Shown here: positions 8,930 through 18,789 of the stretch, piece by piece
How positions within the stretch are numbered: the stretch's first letter is position 1
Layout of the letters: each line of letters starts with the position of its first letter
IMG/VR virus record: IMGVR_UViG_2974574029_000001
Location: 95,424 to 145,759 of that record
DNA: 50,336 bases
Direction: 5' to 3' (one strand)
Source of the DNA: a virus
Lineage: Duplodnaviria; Heunggongvirae; Uroviricota; Caudoviricetes
Notes under the pieces: model-generated
What the model was told of the DNA's origin: nothing
Databases searched by the model: none
The model's input: only the letters and a program-made list of their open reading frames with translations
Program-made: the position numbers and the translations under genes

Positions 8930-9802
8930 ATGGCAGTTGTAGCAAGCAACCAGTCCAAACCGCAACAAGGTAAGGCTACAGCAAACGTTGAGCAAAAAGT
9001 CTCTACGGCTCAGAATGCCAGTAGTGAAGTTCAATATACTTTATTTGCAAGCGGCCTTAACAATGGCGGAAGGAATGTAGAATTAAAAAATAAAAACTAT
9101 ACGGACAATATTGCGATTTTATTTGATGTCGTTGAAGACCATACGTATACAAGAACTGTTGACAAAACCTCCTACGCAGTAGAGAATAAGGTCAAATACA
9201 GTGATCATGGTGTGATAGAGGATGGTAAATTCTCTTTCAGTGCGAGAATCAATAGCTCGCCACTCTACATGATTGAGAACAACTACATCGACAAAGACAC
9301 CGATCCTAACAACCCGGTAGAATCCCGACGCCCAGAAAAGGCCTTGGAGGTTTTGGAAAGGCTCATCACTGATCGCCAAATCGTTACGCTTGTAACGGAA
9401 GACCGCATCATTGAAAACTATATCTTGACTTCTTTGGAAGCAAGCCGCAGCAATTCAGATGGGGCAGCGCTGGTTTTTCAACTTGAGTTTACTGAGTTCC
9501 GTACTTTTACTCTTGGGAAGACAGCCTTGGCTACGGTGTATACAGACCCTAAAAAGTCAGGCGGAAAAACAAAACAGAAAGGCGCTGTTCAGTCTTCCGC
9601 CACTGACGATGAAGTAGAAGTCACCGCAAGGAGAACCAAGTTTGCCGGACCTAACCAAGATGGTTGGCAAAAGGTTGCAAACGATATGGGCATTGGGGAT
9701 TATACCAAGCAAGACCAAGTGGTTGGAACACTGACGCCGGACGGTAAACTCAAGGATCTGAATGGAAATACCCTCGACTATAATAAAGCGGTAGGTAACT
9801 AA
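8930..9802 (+). CDS. Baseplate/tail-tip protein following tape measure
   Basis: FDVVEDHTY...T.YAVE...SDH pattern; position. Confidence 0.65.
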   Translation: MAVVASNQSKPQQGKATANVEQKVSTAQNASSEVQYTLFASGLNNGGRNVELKNKNYTDNIAILFDVVEDHTYTRTVDKTSYAVENKVKYSDHGVIEDGKFSFSARINSSPLYMIENNYIDKDTDPNNPVESRRPEKALEVLERLITDRQIVTLVTEDRIIENYILTSLEASRSNSDGAALVFQLEFTEFRTFTLGKTALATVYTDPKKSGGKTKQKGAVQSSATDDEVEVTARRTKFAGPNQDGWQKVANDMGIGDYTKQDQVVGTLTPDGKLKDLNGNTLDYNKAVGN

Positions 9803-10155
9803 TGGCAGCGATCACATTTTCTTGGGACATAGACGGTTTTGCTGATCAGACGATGCGTGTGGTTCTGGACAGCCAAACTTATGAAATGCGTTTTCAATGG
9901 AATGAGAGAGACGAGTCTTGGCTCGTCTATTTCGGGGATGTTGGTTCTGATCCTACAATATCTTTCAAATTGACTACAATTTTTGATATATTTGCACCTT
10001 TCAAATATCTTGACAATATCCCCGATGGTCAGTTGAGAGTATTTTCTTTTACTCAATCCACTAAACGTATAGGGAGATACAATATTGGATTTTTGTCAGA
10101 CTTGCAACTACTTTACTCGTCTCCTGATGATGAGGTAACTACCGATGAGGAGTAA
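9802..10155 (+). CDS. Baseplate structural protein (117 aa)
   Basis: Y.MRFQWNER..W motif; coupled start. Confidence 0.65.
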   Translation: MAAITFSWDIDGFADQTMRVVLDSQTYEMRFQWNERDESWLVYFGDVGSDPTISFKLTTIFDIFAPFKYLDNIPDGQLRVFSFTQSTKRIGRYNIGFLSDLQLLYSSPDDEVTTDEE

Positions 10156-10158
10156 ACA

Positions 10159-11148
10159 ATGCCTGCTTACAGAACAAGAACCTATAAGCTAACGATAGGT
10201 AAACCAGTGTATGTTGGTGAAAAGCCTACCAATATATCGGACTATACCAACCAGAATGCTAAAGATGCGTATTATATCAGTAATGAAACTGGTGCCGCAA
10301 ACATCGAGTTCGAGGTCAAGAAAGACAACTCGAAGGAGCCTAATAAGGGTTATGTTACCATCTACAACCTCTCCGATGAGACGGTGAGCTACCTCGATGC
10401 TAACCAACGTGAGTCCATTGCGATCGTTCTTGAGGCCGGGTTTGATGGCGAGAATCAGACTATCTTTTCTGGGACCGTAGAGTTTGTTCAGGATAAGTGG
10501 GACGGCAATACCCGTCAGACAAAGATGATCCTCGGGGATGCAACAGTAAATATTAAAACGGCAAAGACCTCTCGCTCTTATAAGAAAGGTACGCCAATAG
10601 ACACGGTAGTCAGTGACCTTGCTTCTGATATGAAGCTCCCCATTGGGAAGATCGTCAAGTTTGGCGACCAAACGCTTCAGCACTCTATGTCCTTTACTGG
10701 CCTCGCCGCAAATAACTTGGAGAGATTAGCCAAGAATACAGGATCTACTTTCAGTGTTCAAGATGGGGCTGTATATTGGACCACGCAAGGTAAAAGATTT
10801 CAAAGGGCAGTTTTTGAGATCAGCGCGGAATCTGGTATGCATGATTCTCCAACGCCACAGAACCCCGAGCCTGCAAAGAGGAGACAGGAAAAAAGGGCCA
10901 AGTCTAAGAGAAAATCATCTAAGCCTCACGTACCTACTTCCGCAGAGATAAAAGAAGACGCTGGATTGGTGGTGGTAACAGAAATAAATGGTGCTATCAT
11001 ACCAGAATCAACGGTATTTTTAAAGAGTCAGAAATATACAGGTTTTTACAAGGTTGTATACTTAACTCACAAAGGCCAGCTCGAAGGTGGGGATTGGATC
11101 ACAGAGTTAGGACTTGCAGAAACCCGTGGTGGAATTGTGGAGGCCTAA
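10159..11148 (+). CDS. Baseplate hub protein
   Basis: F.VKK...EPN...TIYNLS and LEAGF..IFSG motifs. Confidence 0.7.
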   Translation: MPAYRTRTYKLTIGKPVYVGEKPTNISDYTNQNAKDAYYISNETGAANIEFEVKKDNSKEPNKGYVTIYNLSDETVSYLDANQRESIAIVLEAGFDGENQTIFSGTVEFVQDKWDGNTRQTKMILGDATVNIKTAKTSRSYKKGTPIDTVVSDLASDMKLPIGKIVKFGDQTLQHSMSFTGLAANNLERLAKNTGSTFSVQDGAVYWTTQGKRFQRAVFEISAESGMHDSPTPQNPEPAKRRQEKRAKSKRKSSKPHVPTSAEIKEDAGLVVVTEINGAIIPESTVFLKSQKYTGFYKVVYLTHKGQLEGGDWITELGLAETRGGIVEA

Positions 11149-11848
11149 TGGCAGCAATAACCCGTATGGATGCAGCCTTAATCAATGGTTTGCAAAACAG
11201 GCCAGAGATATTCACACAGGGCTAAGGGCAACGGTAGTTGATGTAGACTATAGCATCCCGTCTGCAACAGTTCAACCCCTTGCAAGTACAAACTTCCCAG
11301 ATGGCACCGTGGATGCCTATGGTTCTGTTTTTGATGTTCCCCTATCAATGCCTTCAGGTAATGGAGGAAAAGCCCGCCTAACGATTCCTGTGAAACCTGG
11401 TGATATTGTGGGTCTGAGCTTCTCAGAAAGAAATGAGAATGATAATAATGACCAGACAACTCACAATATGTTTCCTGGGTGGGCGATAATTGGTGTTCAC
11501 AGCGATGGGAATGCCATGACGATCGATCCAGACAATGTTGAACTTTGGAACGACAAGGTGCATTTCTCAATGACGCCTGCGGGTGATTTCACGCTGGAGA
11601 CGCCAGTAGGAAAATTAGTGGTTGACCAGTCTGGGAATTTCAAGTTCGATAATGGTGCGGCAAACCTGACAGCAGAATCTGGTGGTACGATTAAGATGAA
11701 TGGTGCTCAAGTTACCCCTGATGGCAATATTATTACTGCGCGGGGTGTAAACATGAATGATTTTTATGATTATTTTATTCGCCATACACATCACTATACT
11801 TGGACAGATGATGGTGGTCAGAACAATACCGATGCTCCAAATGCATGA
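11148..11848 (+). CDS. Baseplate central spike (233 aa after restoring one base at 11176-11179)
   Basis: ATG 11148 (MAAITRMDAA) joins the NQWFAKQ frame; PVKPGD.VGL.FSER; C-terminal HTH iron-binding motif. Confidence 0.8.
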
Positions 11849-11857
11849 GGGGAATAG

Positions 11858-12472
11858 ATGGCAACTCTTTATTCTGACTTCTTGATGGACCCTGTTACTG
11901 GAGATCTTGATGTTTCTACAGGTCTTCAGTTGATAGAATCCAATCAAGTAAGTCTACGACAGCGCTTATGGCTAAGGTTTAATGTGTGGGCAGGGGATTG
12001 GTATTTTGATGAGACCTTTGGATTTCCATACAGAACCTACATAAGTAAAAAAGTTATGAAGACGGTCCTTGATAATAAGATAAAGGAAATAACCCGTCTT
12101 GAACCGGATGTTTTAGAAATTGCAGATTTCCAGTCTGTAATGGACCATACAACAAGAAGCTATTCTGCCTTTTTTGAAGTCTTAACAAAAGAGCAGGAGA
12201 TTGTAAGAATAGCCTTCGTGGGTGCTGATGATTACTACTACCCGACGCCAAACCCTGAAACAACAACACTTTGCGGAGATGAGGGTTGGATACCTTGGGG
12301 GAATAAGTTATACTACCTTATCAATTTTAGATTACCTAAGACTGGTGATGCAACTTGGTGGAATACTTGGGCGGGTGATATGGCAAACCCTGTACCGCCA
12401 GGATCTCTCTTAACCAGAAAAAGTAACCCGGTAGTCACTCCCGCCGATAAGACGATAAACACCATAAAATAA
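11858..12472 (+). CDS. Baseplate wedge (gp25/DUF2634-like) with C-terminal extension
   Basis: QRL.LR...W.GDWYFD..FGFPY motif. Confidence 0.75.
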   Translation: MATLYSDFLMDPVTGDLDVSTGLQLIESNQVSLRQRLWLRFNVWAGDWYFDETFGFPYRTYISKKVMKTVLDNKIKEITRLEPDVLEIADFQSVMDHTTRSYSAFFEVLTKEQEIVRIAFVGADDYYYPTPNPETTTLCGDEGWIPWGNKLYYLINFRLPKTGDATWWNTWAGDMANPVPPGSLLTRKSNPVVTPADKTINTIK

Positions 12473-12550
12473 AAATTATTACAATTCGAGATTTCTTTTA
12501 GATCTGTGCTACCTAGCGGCAGACCTTTGTTCTTTTAAATCTTTGAAGTT

Positions 12551-12561
12551 TGTGGTAAAAT
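12551..12561 (+). promoter_or_regulatory. Extended -10 element tgtggTAAAAT
   Basis: Same motif as at 2070; no clear -35. Confidence 0.4.
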
Positions 12562-12593
12562 GTACTAATGTTAAGAAGAGGGGTAAATATAAG

Positions 12594-14159
12594 ATGCTAC
12601 AGAGTGTTAAAATTTCAGAGTTGCCAAGCGCGGGCACTCTAACAGAAGATGACCTGATCGTAGTTGATCAACCAGATGATACAAAGAAGGCAACTTTATT
12701 TCAAGTTCTAAATCATCTTGAAAATACCGTTGAACAGTCAACGCTGGTGGCCTTGGCACAGTCTGATGGCTATACGAAAATTGGCGGTTTTTTTTCTGCT
12801 GAAGGGGCTGAAAGCATTGGCGACGCTAATCAGTCTTTCTGGGAACGTATATTTAAGCGCGGGGAATTTGAAATTCACCAGATGCCTGGTGACCCAGCAG
12901 GCGTTGCTGGAATAGTATTCGGCGGCCCGAATAATAAAGCAGCACTAGTCGTAGATGAGCGCGGGCGTATTCAGACATACGCAGTTGTTGACGGTAAATT
13001 ATCTGCTGCACAGGTTGGTACTCCAATTGTCCAGGGAACCGGATATTTTAACAACGGATTTGAAGATAAGATCATTAGGTTCCCATCGGCTGGTGGCGAG
13101 TCTGACGACCTAAGCCCCGGGATCCTTATTACCACTAACGCTAATGGTATTATCGATATTTTCGTTGTTAGCCCCAACCAGTTTAACGACCTTGGATACC
13201 CTACTAGCTCATCTATCGATAAGCAGATGTTCAAGCTGGTAAAAAGTTTCGACATCGGCACATCATTGCAACGAACGATTGATCAATGCCCTACAGTTGA
13301 AAACTCATCAACAGCTCTTTACCACTTGTTTGATGTGAGTTACTCAGGGTTTGGGTCAAAAGTGGTCTCAGGTATTCTGTCAGTCGGTAACTATGTTAAC
13401 TACACACCATGTGTTTACATGGTCACGTTTAACCCACAGGCACTTGGTAACGCCCCCTCCATCAACCAGGATAGTGTCTATCAATGGCTAAAGGTAACTG
13501 CTCTACACGGCGGTCAGTCGGGCTGGGGGGATTCAGCATTAACGCCAGCGGTAGGATTGGTTAATGACCCCGATAATAAAATTGCAAAAATATTTCTGCG
13601 ATTACCGGCATACGGGCAAAAAATATCATTCACACCGATTAATGTTGCCAACCCCAATGTAGTGACGTTTTACTACAATGACTTGCGGAATAATGTAACG
13701 GTAGCTACTCCAAACTATCTGGTTTATTCATTTGCAGAGAAAATGGCAACAGATCGTTTTTACGTGAAAATGAATAACGGTGATGTCCGGTACTCCCCAG
13801 GAGTTGTAGTTCGCGTTTCCGGGAATGTGACTGACCGACTATCTGATAAATTATCAGACGGGGTTTTTGCGATAGGGGGTGCATATCATCTGGCGAATAA
13901 AGGGCGCGCCACCAGTATTACAGTCACCAACCCGTCTACAGGTCAGTACGTTATCAGCGGCTGCAATTTACGTGGAGACCACTGGAAAGTTTGCCCTCCG
14001 GTTGGATTTTCAGGCACGTCATTCGGCACGCCACCGTACATAGTAAACATCGTATCTCAGGGCACGAATACATTCACGATTGAGGTGAAAACGGCAGCAG
14101 GTTCGCTGGTGAATATTAATGGTTTTGACTGGCTCGATCTGCACGTTCAGCCGGTTTAA
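12594..14159 (+). CDS. Tail fibre/receptor-binding protein (521 aa)
   Basis: Start MLQSVKISELP (RBS gagggg); adapter-type N-terminus; beta-rich C-terminal fibre domain. Confidence 0.75.
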   Translation: MLQSVKISELPSAGTLTEDDLIVVDQPDDTKKATLFQVLNHLENTVEQSTLVALAQSDGYTKIGGFFSAEGAESIGDANQSFWERIFKRGEFEIHQMPGDPAGVAGIVFGGPNNKAALVVDERGRIQTYAVVDGKLSAAQVGTPIVQGTGYFNNGFEDKIIRFPSAGGESDDLSPGILITTNANGIIDIFVVSPNQFNDLGYPTSSSIDKQMFKLVKSFDIGTSLQRTIDQCPTVENSSTALYHLFDVSYSGFGSKVVSGILSVGNYVNYTPCVYMVTFNPQALGNAPSINQDSVYQWLKVTALHGGQSGWGDSALTPAVGLVNDPDNKIAKIFLRLPAYGQKISFTPINVANPNVVTFYYNDLRNNVTVATPNYLVYSFAEKMATDRFYVKMNNGDVRYSPGVVVRVSGNVTDRLSDKLSDGVFAIGGAYHLANKGRATSITVTNPSTGQYVISGCNLRGDHWKVCPPVGFSGTSFGTPPYIVNIVSQGTNTFTIEVKTAAGSLVNINGFDWLDLHVQPV

Positions 14160-14171
14160 CAGGAGTTACAA

Positions 14172-15797
14172 ATGCAATATTTATACGTAGACCCTTCCGA
14201 TGATGTAAATAAACCAATTCCGTCAGCATTTAAAACTGTTACGGCTGCTATAGCGGCAATCACCAGCTACCCCTTTTCAATACTAATCAGGCGCGGCACA
14301 GTATTGAAGGAGGCGGTTAATGCCCGGTTAGTGAACACGTCGTCTGACATGAGTTTTTTTGACACATACGGAGAAGGACCACCTCCTAAATGGCTGTCCA
14401 CCTCAAACTCAGCGGGGCAACTCGCATCGTGGAACGCCAGACGCATCACGGTACAGAATATTCACTTTATGGATAGGGATGATGGATTCCTGTCGTCAGC
14501 AACCAGCGTTAACCTCCAGTGCAGTGGTGACGCTAGTGGGCTTGCAGACGTTCACGTCAAAAACTGCTACTTCACTGGTAATGCGTATTCTGTCAGTAAT
14601 CCGACGAAAAACACCGTTGGGAGACACGTGCAGCTGTTCGCTGTCGCATATGATAACACTGCTACACCTGCACATAAACTTAGCGTAGAAGACTGCATGT
14701 TTAACATGGTCAACGCTGGGGTTTATATTCGCGGGAATACCTATGCTGCCGACACAACGGATAACCGAGGCGATGGTAGCAGAACATACGGTGCAAAAGT
14801 GCTGCGCTGCTCTTTCACTAACGTCGTGCAAGAAGGCGTGCTAATGCACACCTGTACCAGCAAAAATGACGTATACACTGATGACGAGTGGCAGAGCTGC
14901 GTCCGGGACTGCTATTACAGTTCATACCGCTGGGATAAATTCACCACGGCTGGAGTGTCGACGTATGACGCGCCGTTCTGGATGTGGCACTGTAATCGAG
15001 TCCTGTTTGAAAAACTTGAGGTGCATGGCTCATATCCAATGGCGCCTGACAACATGGCTGTTGACATTGATGGGATGTGCTGGGATAACGTTGTCAGATA
15101 CGTTTACTCCACTGGCTGCGCCCGTACAGTTATGTTTGTCTCTGCTGATAACGCAGGGTTGCAGTCAGCTCCACCTGCCGGGATGAGCAACTTTGAGTTT
15201 TATTACACACGCCGTCAGGGGAGTGGTAATAACGTAGTGGAATACTGTTTCGCGTTCAACGATGGCATACAGCGACTGCAAGGGCAGATTGGCACACCAA
15301 CAAACGACGCCTGTTCCATATCTCACCACCGCAACCAGTTCAATAATACTGTCCGTAATTGCGTGTTTATTGACACGTCCAGCGTCAAGCAGCGCCGTCT
15401 GATATCAACAAACGGGTACGACACTGAGAGTGCGTCTGTTCCGTCGCTGACGGTAGAGAACTGCATTTTCTACTGCAAGTGGATGACGGGGTCAGACATC
15501 ATTGCACAACTGTCGACGGGAACCAGAACGATTGCGCCAGCGTCTCAAATTATCCTCAACAATAACATCATCTGGTCTGATGCGTGGAGCGCGGCACCTG
15601 ACCTGAGCGCCCTCGCTACGCTGAGCGGCAATGTCTGGGCGAAACCGCAGTATGCGCTGTTGCCCCCCAGCCCACCGTCAACCCGTCGTGGGGCAATTAA
15701 CCTGGGTGTCCCGGCGAATGCAAAGGGGGTCGGTAAGTCAAACCTGCTGCTCGATATCAACGGGCGTTCAGGCAATAACATTGGCTGGTTACAGTGA
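14172..15797 (+). CDS. Right-handed beta-helix protein, putative polysaccharide depolymerase
   Basis: YVDPS...FKTV..AI N-terminus; repeated V..C.F/Y beta-helix rungs; RBS aggag; no phage anchor domain. Confidence 0.7.
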   Translation: MQYLYVDPSDDVNKPIPSAFKTVTAAIAAITSYPFSILIRRGTVLKEAVNARLVNTSSDMSFFDTYGEGPPPKWLSTSNSAGQLASWNARRITVQNIHFMDRDDGFLSSATSVNLQCSGDASGLADVHVKNCYFTGNAYSVSNPTKNTVGRHVQLFAVAYDNTATPAHKLSVEDCMFNMVNAGVYIRGNTYAADTTDNRGDGSRTYGAKVLRCSFTNVVQEGVLMHTCTSKNDVYTDDEWQSCVRDCYYSSYRWDKFTTAGVSTYDAPFWMWHCNRVLFEKLEVHGSYPMAPDNMAVDIDGMCWDNVVRYVYSTGCARTVMFVSADNAGLQSAPPAGMSNFEFYYTRRQGSGNNVVEYCFAFNDGIQRLQGQIGTPTNDACSISHHRNQFNNTVRNCVFIDTSSVKQRRLISTNGYDTESASVPSLTVENCIFYCKWMTGSDIIAQLSTGTRTIAPASQIILNNNIIWSDAWSAAPDLSALATLSGNVWAKPQYALLPPSPPSTRRGAINLGVPANAKGVGKSNLLLDINGRSGNNIGWLQ

Positions 15798-15810
15798 GGA
15801 AGTTGTGAAA

Positions 15811-16023
15811 ATGCTAACGTTTCCAAAAACCAATACGAATGATGACACCCCGATAAACTTACAGGATTATTTCGGGCCTGATTTCGAAATGAGGTCTACC
15901 CCTCCCGTTAAAATCGACAACGCCACCCTCGAGCTGGCAAGGGCGATTCTCGAAGGACGTGAATCGCTAATTCAAGAGCGTCCGTGGTGGGAGCTAAACA
16001 CCCCTAAAATGATGGACTTTTAA
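15811..16023 (+). CDS. Hypothetical protein (70 aa)
   Basis: RBS gagga; start MLTFPKT. Confidence 0.6.
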   Translation: MLTFPKTNTNDDTPINLQDYFGPDFEMRSTPPVKIDNATLELARAILEGRESLIQERPWWELNTPKMMDF

Positions 16024-16032
16024 AGGTGGAAC

Positions 16033-16278
16033 ATGAATTACTTCGAAGCAACACAGTCAGCTTACACGCGCACTCCGGTGCGCCTTCCTGAGTGGGTAGA
16101 TGGCAAATACGTATTCTGGGGGACGATCACAGTTACAACCATTAATACTGATGAAAATGGCATAGAATCACATGTCAACGAGGAATATACGGGGCTCTGT
16201 CTGGCAGATGGCGTAAAAATATCACCGTATATACAAACAGAAGGTGAGATTGTTTCAGAGGAGTGGCTGATAGCATAA
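16033..16278 (+). CDS. DUF2829/Tad2-like small protein
   Basis: MNYFEA...VRLPEW.DGKY start and ADG...PYIQTEGEIVSEEW end resemble the DUF2829 pattern. Confidence 0.55.
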   Translation: MNYFEATQSAYTRTPVRLPEWVDGKYVFWGTITVTTINTDENGIESHVNEEYTGLCLADGVKISPYIQTEGEIVSEEWLIA

Positions 16279-16357
16279 TCAGATAATAGTCAGGATTCCG
16301 ACCTGATTCACACATTGCCCTCGCTTCACTACACAGTGAACCCCGCGGGGGTAAGGC

Positions 16358-18788
16358 ATGCGAATGAACAACCTTTCAGACGTAGCGGCGGGAGCCTCCT
16401 ACGTCACTTCTATTGGCAGCGGTGGTTACTGGCTGTTGCAGCTTCTCGATAAAGTCACAGAGATCAAAAACGAGGCAGTTGAGGCAAAAGACCAGTCAGA
16501 GGATGCGAGAGATGAGGCCAGATCTTATGCATTGCAGGCCTCTGAGCTAGGGAACTTATATGCATCTGTTAGTGAAGGTCTTGCTGCAACTACGGATGGA
16601 CAATACTTCCAAGTACCTCAAGGAAGCGGCAGCTATGTAGCATTCAAAGTGTACAAGAATAATGCAGGGGTTGCTCAAGAAGTCGCGGCAGTGCCTGGCA
16701 CCGGGGCTATAATCGGGACAATCCGCGAATTTCCCACCCTGGCGGCAGCACAGACTGATGCTGACGCTGGAAATATCCTGGTTGGGTCAACAGCCTATTA
16801 CCGAAGCCCGGAGGACAACGCGCTTGCTATCGAGGTAATTAACAACGCAGGGACTTTGGTCGAAACCGGGCGAAAAATGCCCAGCTCTAAGCTAGTTGAG
16901 TCTGTGCTCAGTATGATAAGTGCAGATGGGATCACTCGGGATGCCTTCATGCAATGGGCTGATAAAAATGGGCTTATCATTGCTAAATGGCTTCAGTCAG
17001 ATGAAGGCGTTTCATTTTCATCTGCGTTGCTAAATTTTGGTCCTGAAGGGTTTATTGCTAAACTGGCAGGCATTGGCGCTGATAAAATATTCACCAGTTT
17101 TATTGAGATGATCAGCGGTGATGATTTTATAGTAAGTGACAAAAATGGACTGATTATATCTCAGATAATCAACAGCATCGTAAAACTACCTGGTTTTATG
17201 CTTAATATTCCTTTCCTGAATCTATATGCTAAAAAATTAAATCTTCTTCCTGGTATGACGCTAGGGGCTGACGATGCGACAATTACGCTCTCCGGCCCAC
17301 TTCAGACGGTAGACCAGAATGGGCTGATTGCTTTTTCTCAAGATGCCAAAGGGAAGGTTAAATTCTCTGATATGGGTAAGCGTGGCTCAGGAGGTGGAGC
17401 AGCCACGGGGGCCATGAAGGAGAGCCAGGTTATTGACCTGCTGGATGGGGCTGGTGCTGCATATGCATCGAAGCGACATAACCAAGTTAGATTCCCGGTG
17501 CCACGCGCGACGAATCTAAAGAAACTCACATACTGGTTTCTGGTAGGGCAGTCATTTGTTAATGGCGGGGGTAGTAGTTTCGCCATCCCTGACACAACGG
17601 ACATGGGCAACATCATGCTCGGTCAGTCACCTCGCGGCAGTACGTTCGTTAAGGGGCTTCCCTCCTATGATTTTACGCCGGTCGGCGGGAACGTGTTTTA
17701 CCCATTGCAGGAGGTCCGCCAGACCGACGCTGGGGTTATTTCCACGACCAGCGGCAGTCATGGGCAAACTATCGCCAAGGGGTTTGCTGATGAATTGAAG
17801 CGCCGCTATAACGAACGTACCCGGCAGCAAAATAACACCGACCATATCTTCGGCGTGGCCTGCTGCGGCGTGTCTGGTGCATCAATCGCCGATCTGACAA
17901 AAGGTGCTGCGGCGGGTTATTACAACCGGTTCCTGACGGCGCTTTCAGGCGTTGCAGCCGCGGCGGCCGCAGCGGGTTATGATTGGGAGGTTGGCGGGCT
18001 GATTTACATGCAGGGTGAGCAGGACAACGGTACAACCACCGAAATCTATTTGCCTCAGCTACAGACAATGCATGACAACATGATCGCTGATGCTATGGCT
18101 GCATCCGGGCAGAAGGCAACACCCATTTTCCTGATTAACCAGATCGGCAACAGCTTCATCTCGGGTCGCAACTTTGGTGTGGTCGAAGCCCAGCGCCGGT
18201 TCGTTGAAAACAACCCTCTGGCCTTTATGGTTGGCAGCTACACAGGTCTTCCCAATCCTGTCGATCACCTGTTTGCGAATTCATATCGCTGGCTGGGCGC
18301 ACAGTTCGCTAAAGTCGCGGACCGTGTAATGTGGGGCAACGATGAAGCTAACTTCCAGATGGTAGGTGCCTACTGGTCTGGTAATACTGCGTACATCGGT
18401 TTCTCAACCCGAGTCCCGCCGCTGACATTTAAGTCTGCTTATGTCACATACACTGAAACGATGTATGACGATAAAGGATTTACCGTGTCTGACGGCTCCG
18501 GGGTGCTTACAGGTTCAAATCTTACAGTTTCAATCGTCAGTGATAACGTTGTGAAGATTGTTGCGGCTCGCGAGCTAACCGGGACGGTGACTATCATGCT
18601 CGGTGACGGAACGGCGCACGCGGGGGGTACACAACATCGCTGACAGTGATACCGAGATCTCTGACTTCACCTGGGAAGCAGGCCTCCCCAACCAGCCTGC
18701 TACTGAAAATATCGCAGCCCTGAATAACAAAAACTATCCACTGGCAAATCGTGCATTAATTCAAAAAATCACCGCAGAGGAATTTTAA
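16358..18788 (+). CDS. Tail spike with SGNH/SASA-type O-acetylesterase domain and pinholin-like N-terminus (809 aa if G6 at 18622-18627 is G5)
   Basis: GQS, QGE and DH esterase blocks; REFPTLAAAQ.DADAGNI fibre segment; residues ~1-34 resemble phage 21 S. Confidence 0.75.
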
Positions 18789-18789
18789 T

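Noticed and set aside
16358-16460. Intact holin gene
   Set aside because: TMD2 and the basic tail are absent; the frame runs on into the spike
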